Part shown: one piece after another, positions 39,193 to 48,537 of the stretch | How positions within the stretch are numbered: the stretch's first letter is position 1 | How the letters are laid out: every line of letters begins with the position of its first letter | Notes under the pieces: generated by a model | Databases searched by the model: none | What the model saw: the letters and a program-made list of their open reading frames with translations, nothing else | Told to the model about the DNA's origin: nothing | Translations under genes and position numbers: made by a program | Source of the DNA: Candidatus Woesebacteria bacterium | Lineage (GTDB): Bacteria > Patescibacteriota > Microgenomatia > UBA8517 | Assembly (NCBI GenBank): GCA_016432365.1 | Contig: CP066686.1 | Location: 64,355 to 128,354 of the forward strand | DNA: 64,000 bases | Reading direction: 5' to 3'

Positions 39193-40149
39193 CTATGTTG
39201 TGAGTACTTCGATCCCGGGCAGAGTTTTCTTGGAGAGGAATTCAAGCATGGCACCACCACCCACAGAAATCCAACTAAACTTATCTTCCAGATGGAGCAT
39301 CCGTACCGCTTCCAAACTATCTCCGCCGCCGACAATTTTGAATGTGTTAGAGTCAGCCACCGCCGAAAAGATTTTTTCAGTTCCCATTCTATGCCCCTCG
39401 TCTTCATACTTCCCAAGCACCCCGGCCAAAACTATCGTCTTTGCCAGCTTTATTTCTTTAGTAAACCTATCAATCGTATTTAAGGTAATATCTTCCTTGT
39501 CCATTACCAAATTACCAATGATAACTTTACCATTTTGAGACCTGACACTTTCCAGAGCAGCATCCCCTAAAAATTCCGGAAGCCTTCCTCCAACCAGAAC
39601 CCTGTCCGCAATTTCCTCGAGGGGTTTAATCATTTCTAATTTATCTTTTTTAATTCCACTGATAAGAACGACAACGGGATGCTCAGGATTTTCAAATACC
39701 TTGCTCAGGTTTTCCACCTCACGCATAAAATGGATCCCTGCAACATGGGGAAGAAGTTTTGGTAGACCGACAATTGAAGCATGTTCACGATGAGATGAAG
39801 CAAAAGCGTCATTTATATAACAGTCCCCAAGTGATGCAAGTTTTTTTGCAAATTCGGGGTCATTTGATTCTTCTCCTATGTCAAATCTCAAGTTCTCCTC
39901 TACCTTTGCACCCCACTTGTCAAAAATTGGTTGAAATGACGCAAGGGATAAACCCTCGTTTACTTTTCCATCCGGTCTTCCCCGATGAGCCAAAATAATA
40001 ATTTCCGCTCCTTTTTCTTTTAAATAGTCCAACGTTTCCTCCGAAGCTTTGATTCTTAAATCGTCGGGGTCGGGGTCGCAATCCAAATCCAACCGAAGCA
40101 AAACCTTTTTTCCTGTTACGTCTAAATCTGTAAGTTTGGGCAAGTCCAT
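39193..40149 (-). CDS. pgk: Phosphoglycerate kinase (short form, 318 aa)
   Basis: LLRLDLD, HRGRP, ENLRF, NDAF..SHR.HAS, GGGDS, SVGGGAMLEFL...LPGI. Confidence 0.93.
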   Translation of the reverse strand: MDLPKLTDLDVTGKKVLLRLDLDCDPDPDDLRIKASEETLDYLKEKGAEIIILAHRGRPDGKVNEGLSLASFQPIFDKWGAKVEENLRFDIGEESNDPEFAKKLASLGDCYINDAFASSHREHASIVGLPKLLPHVAGIHFMREVENLSKVFENPEHPVVVLISGIKKDKLEMIKPLEEIADRVLVGGRLPEFLGDAALESVRSQNGKVIIGNLVMDKEDITLNTIDRFTKEIKLAKTIVLAGVLGKYEDEGHRMGTEKIFSAVADSNTFKIVGGGDSLEAVRMLHLEDKFSWISVGGGAMLEFLSKKTLPGIEVLTT

Positions 40150-40158
40150 GTTTGAAGT

Positions 40159-40641
40159 TTAATTGTTTTCCTCCAGTCTCGTTATCTCTTCAAGCCGTTC
40201 CTCATACCGTTCTTTTCCGGAGAACTTTGTTTCGAGAAATGCAATGAGCATCGCTTTTGCCTCTTTTTCGGTAGTGTAGTCGGCCGCCAAAACCAAGACA
40301 TTCATGTCATCGTCGTTTCGACCGGCCTTAATCTGGCCGACAGATTTTCCGATTGCCGCCCTAACACCGTCAAATTTATTGGCAACAACTTCTATCCCCA
40401 CTCCACTACCGCAAATCAAAATACCACGGACCTTATCTTTTCGATCATACGCCGCGCCTAAATAGTAAGACCCGACGACAGAACCAACTTTTTCTGCATA
40501 TTTTGTATAATCATCCGTAGGGTCTAGTTTGTCTGCGCCCACATCCTCAAATTCATATCCCATCTGAAAAAGCCATCTGGCAACTTTTTCTTTAAGTTCA
40601 AAACCTCTATGATCCGCGCCCAGGTAAATTACATCTTTCAT
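40159..40641 (-). CDS. rpiB: Ribose-5-phosphate isomerase B family
   Basis: GADHRG..LK, DY, ICGSGVG, ANK..GVRAA, NVL. Confidence 0.93.
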   Translation of the reverse strand: MKDVIYLGADHRGFELKEKVARWLFQMGYEFEDVGADKLDPTDDYTKYAEKVGSVVGSYYLGAAYDRKDKVRGILICGSGVGIEVVANKFDGVRAAIGKSVGQIKAGRNDDDMNVLVLAADYTTEKEAKAMLIAFLETKFSGKERYEERLEEITRLEENN

Positions 40642-40651
40642 AATTAGAGAA

Positions 40652-40678
40652 ACTAGTCGCTAGTAGCTAGATACTAGT
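40652..40678. repeat. Degenerate heptamer tandem repeats (CTAG core) at the 3' end of the four-helix-bundle gene
   Basis: ACTAGTC GCTAGTA GCTAGAT ACTAGT; a matching tract lies at 41031-41060. Confidence 0.8.
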
Positions 40679-41029
40679 TTTTATTTTAGAAATTAAAGAG
40701 TTTAACATTTTCATTACCTCTTCCAGTAACAAATTCGCCTCTTCAAAGTCTCTATTAGAAATATACCCCAAATCTCTCGCAATTAATAGTTGTGTCTCAA
40801 GCTCGGCTCCGGAGGCGAAAGATATTTGCAAGAATTGAATGTACTCCAATTTTCTTTGTCTACAATATCCCTCTGCAATATTTGAAGGAATTGAAATAAC
40901 AGCTCTCCTAATTTGAGAGGTAAGACCATACAACTCTTCCCTCGGAAAACGCCCCGTAAGCTTGTAAATTAGAAGCGAGAGTTTGTAGGATTTTTGCCAA
41001 ACTATTAATTCCTTGTATGTTTTAGTCAT
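40667..41029 (-). CDS. Four-helix-bundle protein (23S rRNA IVP-like)
   Basis: YKELIVWQKS, FP.EE.YGLTSQIRRA..SIPSNIAEG, ELETQL; flanked by heptamer repeats. Confidence 0.93.
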   Translation of the reverse strand: MTKTYKELIVWQKSYKLSLLIYKLTGRFPREELYGLTSQIRRAVISIPSNIAEGYCRQRKLEYIQFLQISFASGAELETQLLIARDLGYISNRDFEEANLLLEEVMKMLNSLISKIKTSI

Positions 41030-41062
41030 CCTAGTATCTAACTTCTAGTAACTAGTTACTTA

Positions 41063-41722
41063 TCACTTAAACCCTTCCGTAAGTTCTGTCAATTCTTTTC
41101 TCGGGTCTTCCGCTTTAACAATATCTGTAGCTACCGCAAAACCGGTTGCCCCGAGACTTAGACTTTTTCTTATATCTTCCGATGAGTGGATTCCGGCTCC
41201 CACAACAAGTGGAATATCGAATCCATTCGCAATTTCTGCGGCTAACGAAATTATTTCCGGTTTAGCCTGTGCTACTGACGTCGTAGTTGAACCGACAAGC
41301 TCGGCCGGCTCATAGGCCACATAGGTTGGAGCAAGGTCGCAAACCTTTCTAAGTTCGGGGGTGTCTGTTGCAAAAATCAAGGTCTTTAAATTTGCATTCA
41401 TTGCTTTTTCGTTTGCGGTATAAAGATTGTCGAAATTATTAAACTTATGTTCAGAGTGGTTCAGAAAAACTCCGGAAACTCCGATTCTTGCAACTTCTTC
41501 GGGCAATGTCCAACCTGTATGTGCACCGTAACTGATGGGGTCTATGTGCTGGACCCAAATTTCTAAAGTAGTAGAAGTAATAATCGCCTCAGCGTCAATC
41601 ACCTGAACAACGGGGATAATTTTTATCTGCGACTGCCTTGCCACCTCTTCCAAAATTTTAGTTAAATTAACAGCGTTTATTCCACTCCCCTGTTCATAGG
41701 TTTTGTAATTAACAAATATCAT
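41063..41722 (-). CDS. tpiA: Triosephosphate isomerase (archaeal-type, short)
   Basis: NYKTY, GAHTG, LNHSE, AYEP, VGAGI. Confidence 0.93.
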   Translation of the reverse strand: MIFVNYKTYEQGSGINAVNLTKILEEVARQSQIKIIPVVQVIDAEAIITSTTLEIWVQHIDPISYGAHTGWTLPEEVARIGVSGVFLNHSEHKFNNFDNLYTANEKAMNANLKTLIFATDTPELRKVCDLAPTYVAYEPAELVGSTTTSVAQAKPEIISLAAEIANGFDIPLVVGAGIHSSEDIRKSLSLGATGFAVATDIVKAEDPRKELTELTEGFK

Positions 41723-41773
41723 GATTGATTTGATTGCAATTACATAATACTATATGATTTACAGGATATCCAA

Positions 41774-42031
41774 ATGACAGTTACAATTTACTCAACAACA
41801 ACGTGTCCTTACTGCAAAATGCTTAAGGACTATCTGGGACAAAAGAACCAACCATTCACCGAAAAATTCGTTGATATAGATGACGTCGCGAGGGACGAAA
41901 TGATGGCCTCATCCGGAGGTTTTTTGGGAGTTCCTTTTAGTGTTGTAACTAAAGATGATGGCAGTAAGGAGACCGTTTTGGGTTTTGATAAAGGAAAACT
42001 GGATTCAATTCTTACTACCCCAACTGTTTAA
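41774..42031 (+). CDS. Glutaredoxin-like protein
   Basis: CPYC, GVP, LGFD. Confidence 0.92.
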   Translation: MTVTIYSTTTCPYCKMLKDYLGQKNQPFTEKFVDIDDVARDEMMASSGGFLGVPFSVVTKDDGSKETVLGFDKGKLDSILTTPTV

Positions 42032-42516
42032 TTGAAGGATCCTTCAAGAACACTCTCTTCCTGCTTTTGATCAAACGTTTTTTCCAGTGTTACCACAATC
42101 TCTTTATAATTCGAATAGTTTTTGGCCGAAGAAAAGTCGATGAGGTATCCGCCTTTAGCTAAATTAAGTTTGCCCAAAGAAATAAATGTTGTTCCATTAC
42201 CCATCCAAGCCTGATAAAAGTAACCTGTCGTAGGTTCTGGTAAATCCGCAAGGACTGTGAGTTCAAATTTGCTATTTTCAAAAACTCGTATTGCTTCGCC
42301 AATCCCCCCACTCTCCATAACAGACACAAGATCAGCCCTGTCTGCATTAGATGGAATTGTTATACCGCCGAATTTTTCAGTTATTCTTTGGAAAATTGAT
42401 GGGGTGGAAGACGGAAGGTTTAAAACATCATTCTTTTTAGAATTTTTGAAAAGAAGAACGCCCGTAATTAATACTACCAAAACTAAAAAACCAACTATTA
42501 TGTCCCTTGTTTTCAT
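42028..42516 (-). CDS. Single-TM protein with RskA-C-like domain
   Basis: LPEP....YQAW, SLG.L, VVTLE, VLEG. Confidence 0.65.
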   Translation of the reverse strand: MKTRDIIVGFLVLVVLITGVLLFKNSKKNDVLNLPSSTPSIFQRITEKFGGITIPSNADRADLVSVMESGGIGEAIRVFENSKFELTVLADLPEPTTGYFYQAWMGNGTTFISLGKLNLAKGGYLIDFSSAKNYSNYKEIVVTLEKTFDQKQEESVLEGSFN

Positions 42517-42632
42517 TGGTGGCTAAAAATAGCACCCTACTACAGGTTTGTCAAGGCCCCCTAGTATCTAATATCTAATCACTAGTATCTTTCTCTTATT
42601 CCCGCATATTTACCGCATAAATTCCGCAAGCC

Positions 42633-43238
42633 TCAACCCAGCCTATCTTTAATCTCATCATGGTTTGTAAACTCGGTAAAAAGCACCGATCCAACAAGTC
42701 CGTGAATAAGCATTTGTGGCAAAATATTTCCCCAAATTAAATAAATCCAGTTGTTTATTACTCCAAAAACAGCCAGTAGAATCCAAAATCTTTTAATTGA
42801 TGACCACCCGGTCAAATGAAAAATCATAAAAAATAAAAATGAGGCTAAAAATACAAAATTAATGTTTTGGAACAAGTAGTAAATGGTATCGGTAAAAACC
42901 CAAAGGAAAAATATTTGCTGCAATCCCCCAAACAAAATGTAAGGCAAAATAAGCCTCCTCAACCTACGGATTCTTTTTCTGAAATTCTTTGCAGAGATTC
43001 CGAAAAATAGAAAAACAATTGCCGGTCCACTAATCAACAGGAACGAAGGAAAAATTGTCTCCTTATTATACCCACCCAAAAACGGATAATCTTTTAAAAT
43101 TGATAGCCTCAAAAATAAGGCCCCAAATCCAAAAACAAACATTAATATTCCCCAAAAACCATTAAATCTGGTTGTTTTAAAATAGACCGGAATAATAATG
43201 AGGGAAAGAATCAGAATTATTATTAAAGGGTTGACCAC
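42633..43238 (-). CDS. Multi-pass membrane protein (distant CPBP-like)
   Basis: Several TM segments, LQQ, FH, IHG. Confidence 0.7.
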   Translation of the reverse strand: MVNPLIIILILSLIIIPVYFKTTRFNGFWGILMFVFGFGALFLRLSILKDYPFLGGYNKETIFPSFLLISGPAIVFLFFGISAKNFRKRIRRLRRLILPYILFGGLQQIFFLWVFTDTIYYLFQNINFVFLASFLFFMIFHLTGWSSIKRFWILLAVFGVINNWIYLIWGNILPQMLIHGLVGSVLFTEFTNHDEIKDRLG

Positions 43239-43265
43239 AAAATGATTATATAGTAGATTTAACCA

Positions 43266-43335
43266 ATTGGTGAATCACGGCGAACATCCGTGGGAGTGCC
43301 GCTACCGTCTATACCCGGGGCCCGATCAAATAGAA
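43266..43335 (+). promoter_or_regulatory. Compact cobalamin riboswitch candidate
   Basis: GAAT-CACGG-CGAACAT-CCGTG...GCCGCTACCGT...CCCGA resembles the Cbl aptamer core and lies upstream of two B12-uptake-type genes. Confidence 0.6.
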
Positions 43336-43351
43336 CTGCGAGCCACAGAAA

Positions 43352-43759
43352 ATGATAAATCGTAAAAAATTACTAATACTTCTTTTAGTACTCATCGGAA
43401 TCTCGTCTTTGTTTATTTTCTGTAATCGGATAAACAACAAAAATCAGCCTCCTTCCCCCGTTGTTACACAAGAACAAACAACAGCACTCACTCTGAACAT
43501 TGACGGAAAGACAGAATCTTTTGATATCTCCTCTTTTGTTGGCAAATCAGCCCTAGAAGCTACAAATAGTTTTGCAAAAGTCGTAGAAAGCGGCGCCGGT
43601 GAAAATGCCTTCGTAACGGAAATCAACGGAAGAGCAGCCGATTCAAAAAAGCGTGAATTCTGGGAACTGGTAATTAACGGGCAGTCGGCTCAAGTCGGGG
43701 CCGGAAGCTATACCATTCAAAAAGGAGATTCGATATTATGGAAAATCACAACATATTAA
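43352..43759 (+). CDS. DUF4430 (transcobalamin-like) membrane-anchored binding protein
   Basis: TM anchor, FVTEING, FW...ING..AQVGA..Y.I..GD.I.W. Confidence 0.85.
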   Translation: MINRKKLLILLLVLIGISSLFIFCNRINNKNQPPSPVVTQEQTTALTLNIDGKTESFDISSFVGKSALEATNSFAKVVESGAGENAFVTEINGRAADSKKREFWELVINGQSAQVGAGSYTIQKGDSILWKITTY

Positions 43760-44286
43760 AAAGACTGGCCACTCCGATAACTTTCATTTTGATCGGAGCA
43801 GTTGCCCGGATAATTCCTCACGTTCCAAATTTTGCTCCAATTGGGGCAATGGCTCTTTTTGGCGGAGCTTATATGAATAAAAAACAAGCCTTTCTCTTGC
43901 CGGTTCTGGCTATGATTTTGTCTGATTTCATTGTTGGGTTTGATAGTCTTCCCATGCGACTAACTGTTTACGGAACATTTTTAATGATGGTTGTAGTTGG
44001 AATTTGGCTCAAGAAAAATCTTAGTCTAAAAAATGTATTTATCTCAAGTCTTTTCGCATCTGTTTTGTTTTTTATGACAACAAATTTTTCTGTTTGGATT
44101 TTTGGCTCAATGTACCCGCACAACATCGGCGGTTTGGGTGAGAGTTATTTCTTTGCTATTCCCTTTTTCCGAAATACACTGCTTGGAGATCTGTTTTACT
44201 CAGGAGCTTTCTTTGGTGGGTACGAATTAGTTCGAAGTTTGTTAAGGCGTGATTCCCGTTCCAAAATTTTTAATTTTAAATTCTAA
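43738..44286 (+). CDS. DUF6580-type putative cobalamin transporter (ECF S-component-like)
   Basis: RIIPHVPNFAPIGAMALFGG, SD, TNF.VW, Y..AIPFFRNTL.GDL. Confidence 0.8.
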   Translation: MENHNILKRLATPITFILIGAVARIIPHVPNFAPIGAMALFGGAYMNKKQAFLLPVLAMILSDFIVGFDSLPMRLTVYGTFLMMVVVGIWLKKNLSLKNVFISSLFASVLFFMTTNFSVWIFGSMYPHNIGGLGESYFFAIPFFRNTLLGDLFYSGAFFGGYELVRSLLRRDSRSKIFNFKF

Positions 44287-44299
44287 ATTTTAAATTATC

Positions 44300-44917
44300 T
44301 TAGTACCGCTCCCCTCTTGGTTTTGGTATAAACGGTCTAATCCCATCCATCTCTTTAGGTTTTTGTTTGTATGTAAAGAGAATTTTGTCGATATAGTTAC
44401 CCAAATCACGATAATAATAAACATCGTTTAACAAAATGTCATCTGCTGTAACATCTCCGTGTCCAAAATCATCCGGTCTGGCCGGAGTTCTGGCATGAAC
44501 AACTACGTTCCCAATCGCCAGTTGTTTCCAAATCATATTGGGAGGGTAGGTTTTAACTTTAACCACTTCGTCCCAGGTAAGAGTTCTGGAATTTGTAGCA
44601 AAAAGAGTTGTGGGGTCAAAGCGTACCAGTCTGCGGTCGGTAATATAGGCGATATCACGTTTCTGATAATCGGTCGTAATCTTAGTCCCAATGGTTATTA
44701 TTAAAAGAGCCAGGGCCATCCCCCCAACATAGAAGAAAGAGGACATAACGCTAACCTGACTTCCAAGAATCACCAAAACAAAAAGAATAGCAAGCGAAAT
44801 CAGATAAATTCTGACAAGGGCCACTGTGGTTGCAAGTGGGTGTGGGCGCACTACGTAGAGAATCTTCTCGTCTTCCTGCCGACCAAAAAAGTCGGTATCG
44901 GAATTTTGCATTGTCAT
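44300..44917 (-). CDS. Membrane protein with bacterial PH-like domain
   Basis: E.ILYVVRPHP, two TM segments, YITDRRLV. Confidence 0.7.
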   Translation of the reverse strand: MTMQNSDTDFFGRQEDEKILYVVRPHPLATTVALVRIYLISLAILFVLVILGSQVSVMSSFFYVGGMALALLIITIGTKITTDYQKRDIAYITDRRLVRFDPTTLFATNSRTLTWDEVVKVKTYPPNMIWKQLAIGNVVVHARTPARPDDFGHGDVTADDILLNDVYYYRDLGNYIDKILFTYKQKPKEMDGIRPFIPKPRGERY

Positions 44918-44989
44918 ATCCCAATTCTAGTAGATATTGCCGCTTTTTGCGAGTATCGGCAAATAACAGTTCTTATATAGTATCATTAA

Positions 44990-46822
44990 TTGATGCTTGG
45001 TCTCGTTTCAAATTTCTCTCTTGTCTTCATATTAGTTACCCTTCTGTTTCTTAAGCTGATTGGGATCGATGTCTCGATTATTATTTTCAAGGTTGTTTCT
45101 GTGATTGCCTTAATTCCGGTCATAATTGCGTCGTTCAAATCATTAAAAAACAAGACCGTATCTGTTGATTTTTTAGCTGCGGTCGCTTTGATCTTTGCCT
45201 ATATCGCTGGAGAATGGTATTCGGCAGCGTTTATCAACCTCATGTTGGCTTCAGCAAGAATATTTGAAATCTGGACAGAGCGAAGATCGGAAAATCTGGT
45301 AAAGAGTCTTCTTAAATTCCGCCCCGAAAAAGTCAAAATTAAAAACGGAGACCAAATAGAAATAAAGGACATAAAAGATATTAAGGTTAACGACATTATG
45401 ATAATCGCCGCCGGGGAAAGAATTGCAGTTGACGCAATTGTAATTTCAGGACAAGCCAGTGTCGATGAATCAACATTAACAGGAGAAAGTGAACCTGTTG
45501 TTAAAAAAACCGGCAATCATATTTTTTCTTCCACTCTAAATACCTCCGGATCAATTTTGGCAAAAGCCGAGAAAGTCGCTGAGGAAAGTACTTTGGCAAA
45601 AATTATTTCTTTGGTTGAAAAATCGTCGCTAAAAAAATCAAAAACCGTAAGAATGGTCGATGCGTTTTCTCAATGGTATATCGTGGCCACCCTGGCCGGG
45701 GCCATTGTCCTTTATATTATTTCCAAGGACGTAAACTTTGTCCTGGCGATACTTCTTGTGGTTTGTGCCGACGATATTGCTGTCTCAATCCCATTAGCTT
45801 TCACAGTTGCTGTCTCGAAGGGAGCCCAAAATGGAATACTTATTAAAAGTTCTGACGTCTTGGAGCGAATAAGTAAAATTAATGTTTTTATTACCGACAA
45901 GACCGGGACTCTCACATTTGCAAAGCCCAGAGTCACGCAAGTCATAACATTCGGAAATTTTAAACGGCAAAAATTTCTTAAACTTCTCTCAGCTGCCGAA
46001 TCAAGTTCAACACATCCACTGTCCCGCCCAATTCTAGAATTCACCGAGAAAGAGGGAATAGTTACTCCCCCAGTAAGCGAATTTAGTGAAACCGCAGGAG
46101 AAGGAATGGAAGTTATGTTTGATAATGAAAAAATAATTGCCGGTAAGCTGGACTTTATCGAGAGGAAAGGAATAAAAATAGCAAAGGATGAACAAGTACA
46201 AGCAGATAAATTGAGTCGGTCCGGTTATTCCCTGGTCACTCTTGGGGTAGACGGAAAATTGGTTGGATTCGTCGTATTTGAAGACGAACCAAAGTCATAT
46301 ATAAAAAATGTTATAAAACGAACCAAGGAGTTGGGAGCGAATCTATGGATAATGCTAACCGGAGACAATGCTTCAGTTGCACAAAAAATTGCCGATTTCT
46401 GCGGAATCGATATTTTCGAAGCAAATCTGAAACCCGATGAAAAAGTCCGTTTTGTTGAAAAATATAAAGAAAAAAACAAAAACAAAGTAGTGGCCATGGT
46501 CGGAGACGGTGTAAACGATGCGGCGGCCCTGGCTATTGCCGACGTCAGTTTTGCGATGGGGGCAGTTGGAAGTGACGTTGCAATTAACGCAGCTGATGTG
46601 GCTCTCATGACTGACAATCTGGAGAGGATCCCTGAAGCAATGATTCTAGGACAAAAAACCAGGGCCATTGTTTATCAAAATTTCGCCATTTGGGGAATAA
46701 CAAATATAATTGGTCTGAGTTTGGTGGCCGTAGGAGTGTTTGAACCTACGGGGGCCGCAACTTACAACTTTTTAACCGATTTTATCCCCATATTTAATGC
46801 TTTGAGGATGAGTAGAGCGTGA
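44990..46822 (+). CDS. P1B-type cation-translocating ATPase
   Basis: LTGES, DKTGTLT, HP, MLTGD, GDGVNDA; TM motif CADD instead of CPC. Confidence 0.93.
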   Translation: MMLGLVSNFSLVFILVTLLFLKLIGIDVSIIIFKVVSVIALIPVIIASFKSLKNKTVSVDFLAAVALIFAYIAGEWYSAAFINLMLASARIFEIWTERRSENLVKSLLKFRPEKVKIKNGDQIEIKDIKDIKVNDIMIIAAGERIAVDAIVISGQASVDESTLTGESEPVVKKTGNHIFSSTLNTSGSILAKAEKVAEESTLAKIISLVEKSSLKKSKTVRMVDAFSQWYIVATLAGAIVLYIISKDVNFVLAILLVVCADDIAVSIPLAFTVAVSKGAQNGILIKSSDVLERISKINVFITDKTGTLTFAKPRVTQVITFGNFKRQKFLKLLSAAESSSTHPLSRPILEFTEKEGIVTPPVSEFSETAGEGMEVMFDNEKIIAGKLDFIERKGIKIAKDEQVQADKLSRSGYSLVTLGVDGKLVGFVVFEDEPKSYIKNVIKRTKELGANLWIMLTGDNASVAQKIADFCGIDIFEANLKPDEKVRFVEKYKEKNKNKVVAMVGDGVNDAAALAIADVSFAMGAVGSDVAINAADVALMTDNLERIPEAMILGQKTRAIVYQNFAIWGITNIIGLSLVAVGVFEPTGAATYNFLTDFIPIFNALRMSRA

Positions 46823-46849
46823 GCCTTTACCGTGGTATAATCCTCCGTT

Positions 46850-47320
46850 ATGCCATTTCCGGAACGAATCCGCCGTGAAGAAAAACTTGCAGCTTTTACT
46901 TGTGCTGCGTGCAACAAAAAGTTCAGCTCCCCTGACGAGGGTGAACTGCACTCAAAGACAGGCCTCCATTTGGTTAAAGACAAGAGGTCAAAAAAATCCA
47001 GATTCAAAGTCACCTCAGCCCCTGAAGGACACTCTATTCTGAAAGGAAAGACTATAAGCAGAGCTTCATTTATCAGCCATGAAGATAAAGACAACGACTC
47101 GGTTTGTCTTTGTAAGAATTGCCATACCGAGGTTCATAGACTGGCCTTAGCTGAAGCCAAAACAAGGGGAAACTTCCCGGGGAATGCCACTCCACCACAA
47201 ATATTAGAAGAGGTTACACAAGGTTTTATCGAAAAAAGGAGACAAACAGTTGACCCTATGCCAAAAATCGAGTTGGCCAAAATTCATCTTCCAATGCCTG
47301 AATTAACCAAAATTGTATAA
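46850..47320 (+). CDS. Zn-finger/HNH-like protein
   Basis: CAAC near the N-terminus and LCKNCH...H. Confidence 0.55.
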   Translation: MPFPERIRREEKLAAFTCAACNKKFSSPDEGELHSKTGLHLVKDKRSKKSRFKVTSAPEGHSILKGKTISRASFISHEDKDNDSVCLCKNCHTEVHRLALAEAKTRGNFPGNATPPQILEEVTQGFIEKRRQTVDPMPKIELAKIHLPMPELTKIV

Positions 47321-47367
47321 CGGTACTTATTTACCAAAACAGTGATCATGAGTTATAATTCCACGTT

Positions 47368-47550
47368 ATGCACGCTTGGGAAAAAATTCTAGAGATTGTT
47401 TACCGCGAACTGGGTGAGAGCGTTGGCAAGGTGTTTATGGACTTCTACAATGGTTTTCCAATAAACGAACAATATACTGGTGCAGTTGAGCTGCTTTCGA
47501 AAACTCTAGGGCCTGAGGCAGCTAAAGAACTATTGAAAGATGTTATTTAA
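47368..47550 (+). CDS. Small hypothetical protein
   Basis: 60-aa ORF, ATG 8 nt after TATAAT. Confidence 0.5.
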   Translation: MHAWEKILEIVYRELGESVGKVFMDFYNGFPINEQYTGAVELLSKTLGPEAAKELLKDVI

Positions 47551-48109
47551 CTCTTCCCAAATATTCTCCTGAGGTTGTATCTATTAAAACTTTCTCTCCG
47601 GTTTTGATGAATATGGGAACCATTGCCTCTGCTCCGGTTTCCAACTTTACGGTCTTTTTGGGAGCGTTGATCCTGTTTCCTGCCACATCATTCGGAGATT
47701 CAATAACTTTCAAAACCACATTTGGTGGAAGTCCAACCCCAATTGCTTTGTCTTTATACCAAAGAACCCAACATTTTAGGTTTGGAATAAGGTAACCAAC
47801 TTGGTCTTCAATTAAACTCATGGGGACTTCGGCCTGATCAAAAGTTTTAGAGTTCATAAAGAAGAGGTCGTCCCCCGAGCGGTACAGAAACTCCATTTCG
47901 CGCTTTTCAACGTCAGCCACTTCCACTTGTTCGTTAGTTTTATAAGTAAACTCAAGCGCCGCACCGTTTTCTATGCTTCTATATTTAACACGCATGACAG
48001 CGCTCCCCTTTCCGGGTGACATAAACTCCGTTTTTGTGACCAAATGCGGTTTGTCCTTAAAAATTAAGTACATTCCTTTGGTGATATTGCCGGCGTTAAC
48101 TGTGATCAT
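47543..48109 (-). CDS. efp: Elongation factor P (Lys-type loop SPGKG)
   Basis: PGKG, FLY, TFDQ, LETG....VP.FI..GE.V.IDT..GEY; start MITV at 48109. Confidence 0.96.
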   Translation of the reverse strand: MITVNAGNITKGMYLIFKDKPHLVTKTEFMSPGKGSAVMRVKYRSIENGAALEFTYKTNEQVEVADVEKREMEFLYRSGDDLFFMNSKTFDQAEVPMSLIEDQVGYLIPNLKCWVLWYKDKAIGVGLPPNVVLKVIESPNDVAGNRINAPKKTVKLETGAEAMVPIFIKTGEKVLIDTTSGEYLGRVK

Positions 48110-48217
48110 ATGAATAGCTAAGAGCTGAAAGCGAAGAGCTAAGAACTTTAGCTTCAGTATTATACCCCTGGGCCTGTAGTCTTGACAAGCGGGAGAAGAA
48201 AAAAGTAAATTGATCTC

Positions 48218-48520
48218 GTGGAAGTTCACGAAAGTCAACCCAAGCCAATTAACGGTTTTCTTATATTAAACAGTAAACACAAGTTTTTGGAACACAACAA
48301 CCTTACATGGTTTGACCATGGAGGAAACTATCGTGATGCTTATGTTTACACCCGGGAAGAACTCGATGACATTTTGGAAAGATCAAGGGTAGATGATTGG
48401 AAAATCAAACCCACCGATGTGATTGAAGCAACGTTTGATCCTTCAAGTGGAGTAACAGCTCACGAACACAATGGAAAAATGACAATTCCCATATCAGAAC
48501 TTCCCCCGCTTAAAAAATAG
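48218..48520 (+). CDS. Hypothetical protein
   Basis: 100-aa ORF between efp and epmA on the opposite strand. Confidence 0.5.
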   Translation: MEVHESQPKPINGFLILNSKHKFLEHNNLTWFDHGGNYRDAYVYTREELDDILERSRVDDWKIKPTDVIEATFDPSSGVTAHEHNGKMTIPISELPPLKK

Positions 48521-48537
48521 TTACTCAAAATTACAAT

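Noticed and set aside
39193-40149. pgk pseudogene because of its short length
   Set aside because: The ORF is uninterrupted and retains both N- and C-terminal catalytic motifs
40667-41029. Diversity-generating retroelement (Avd-like gene)
   Set aside because: No reverse transcriptase or TR/VR pair seen in the window
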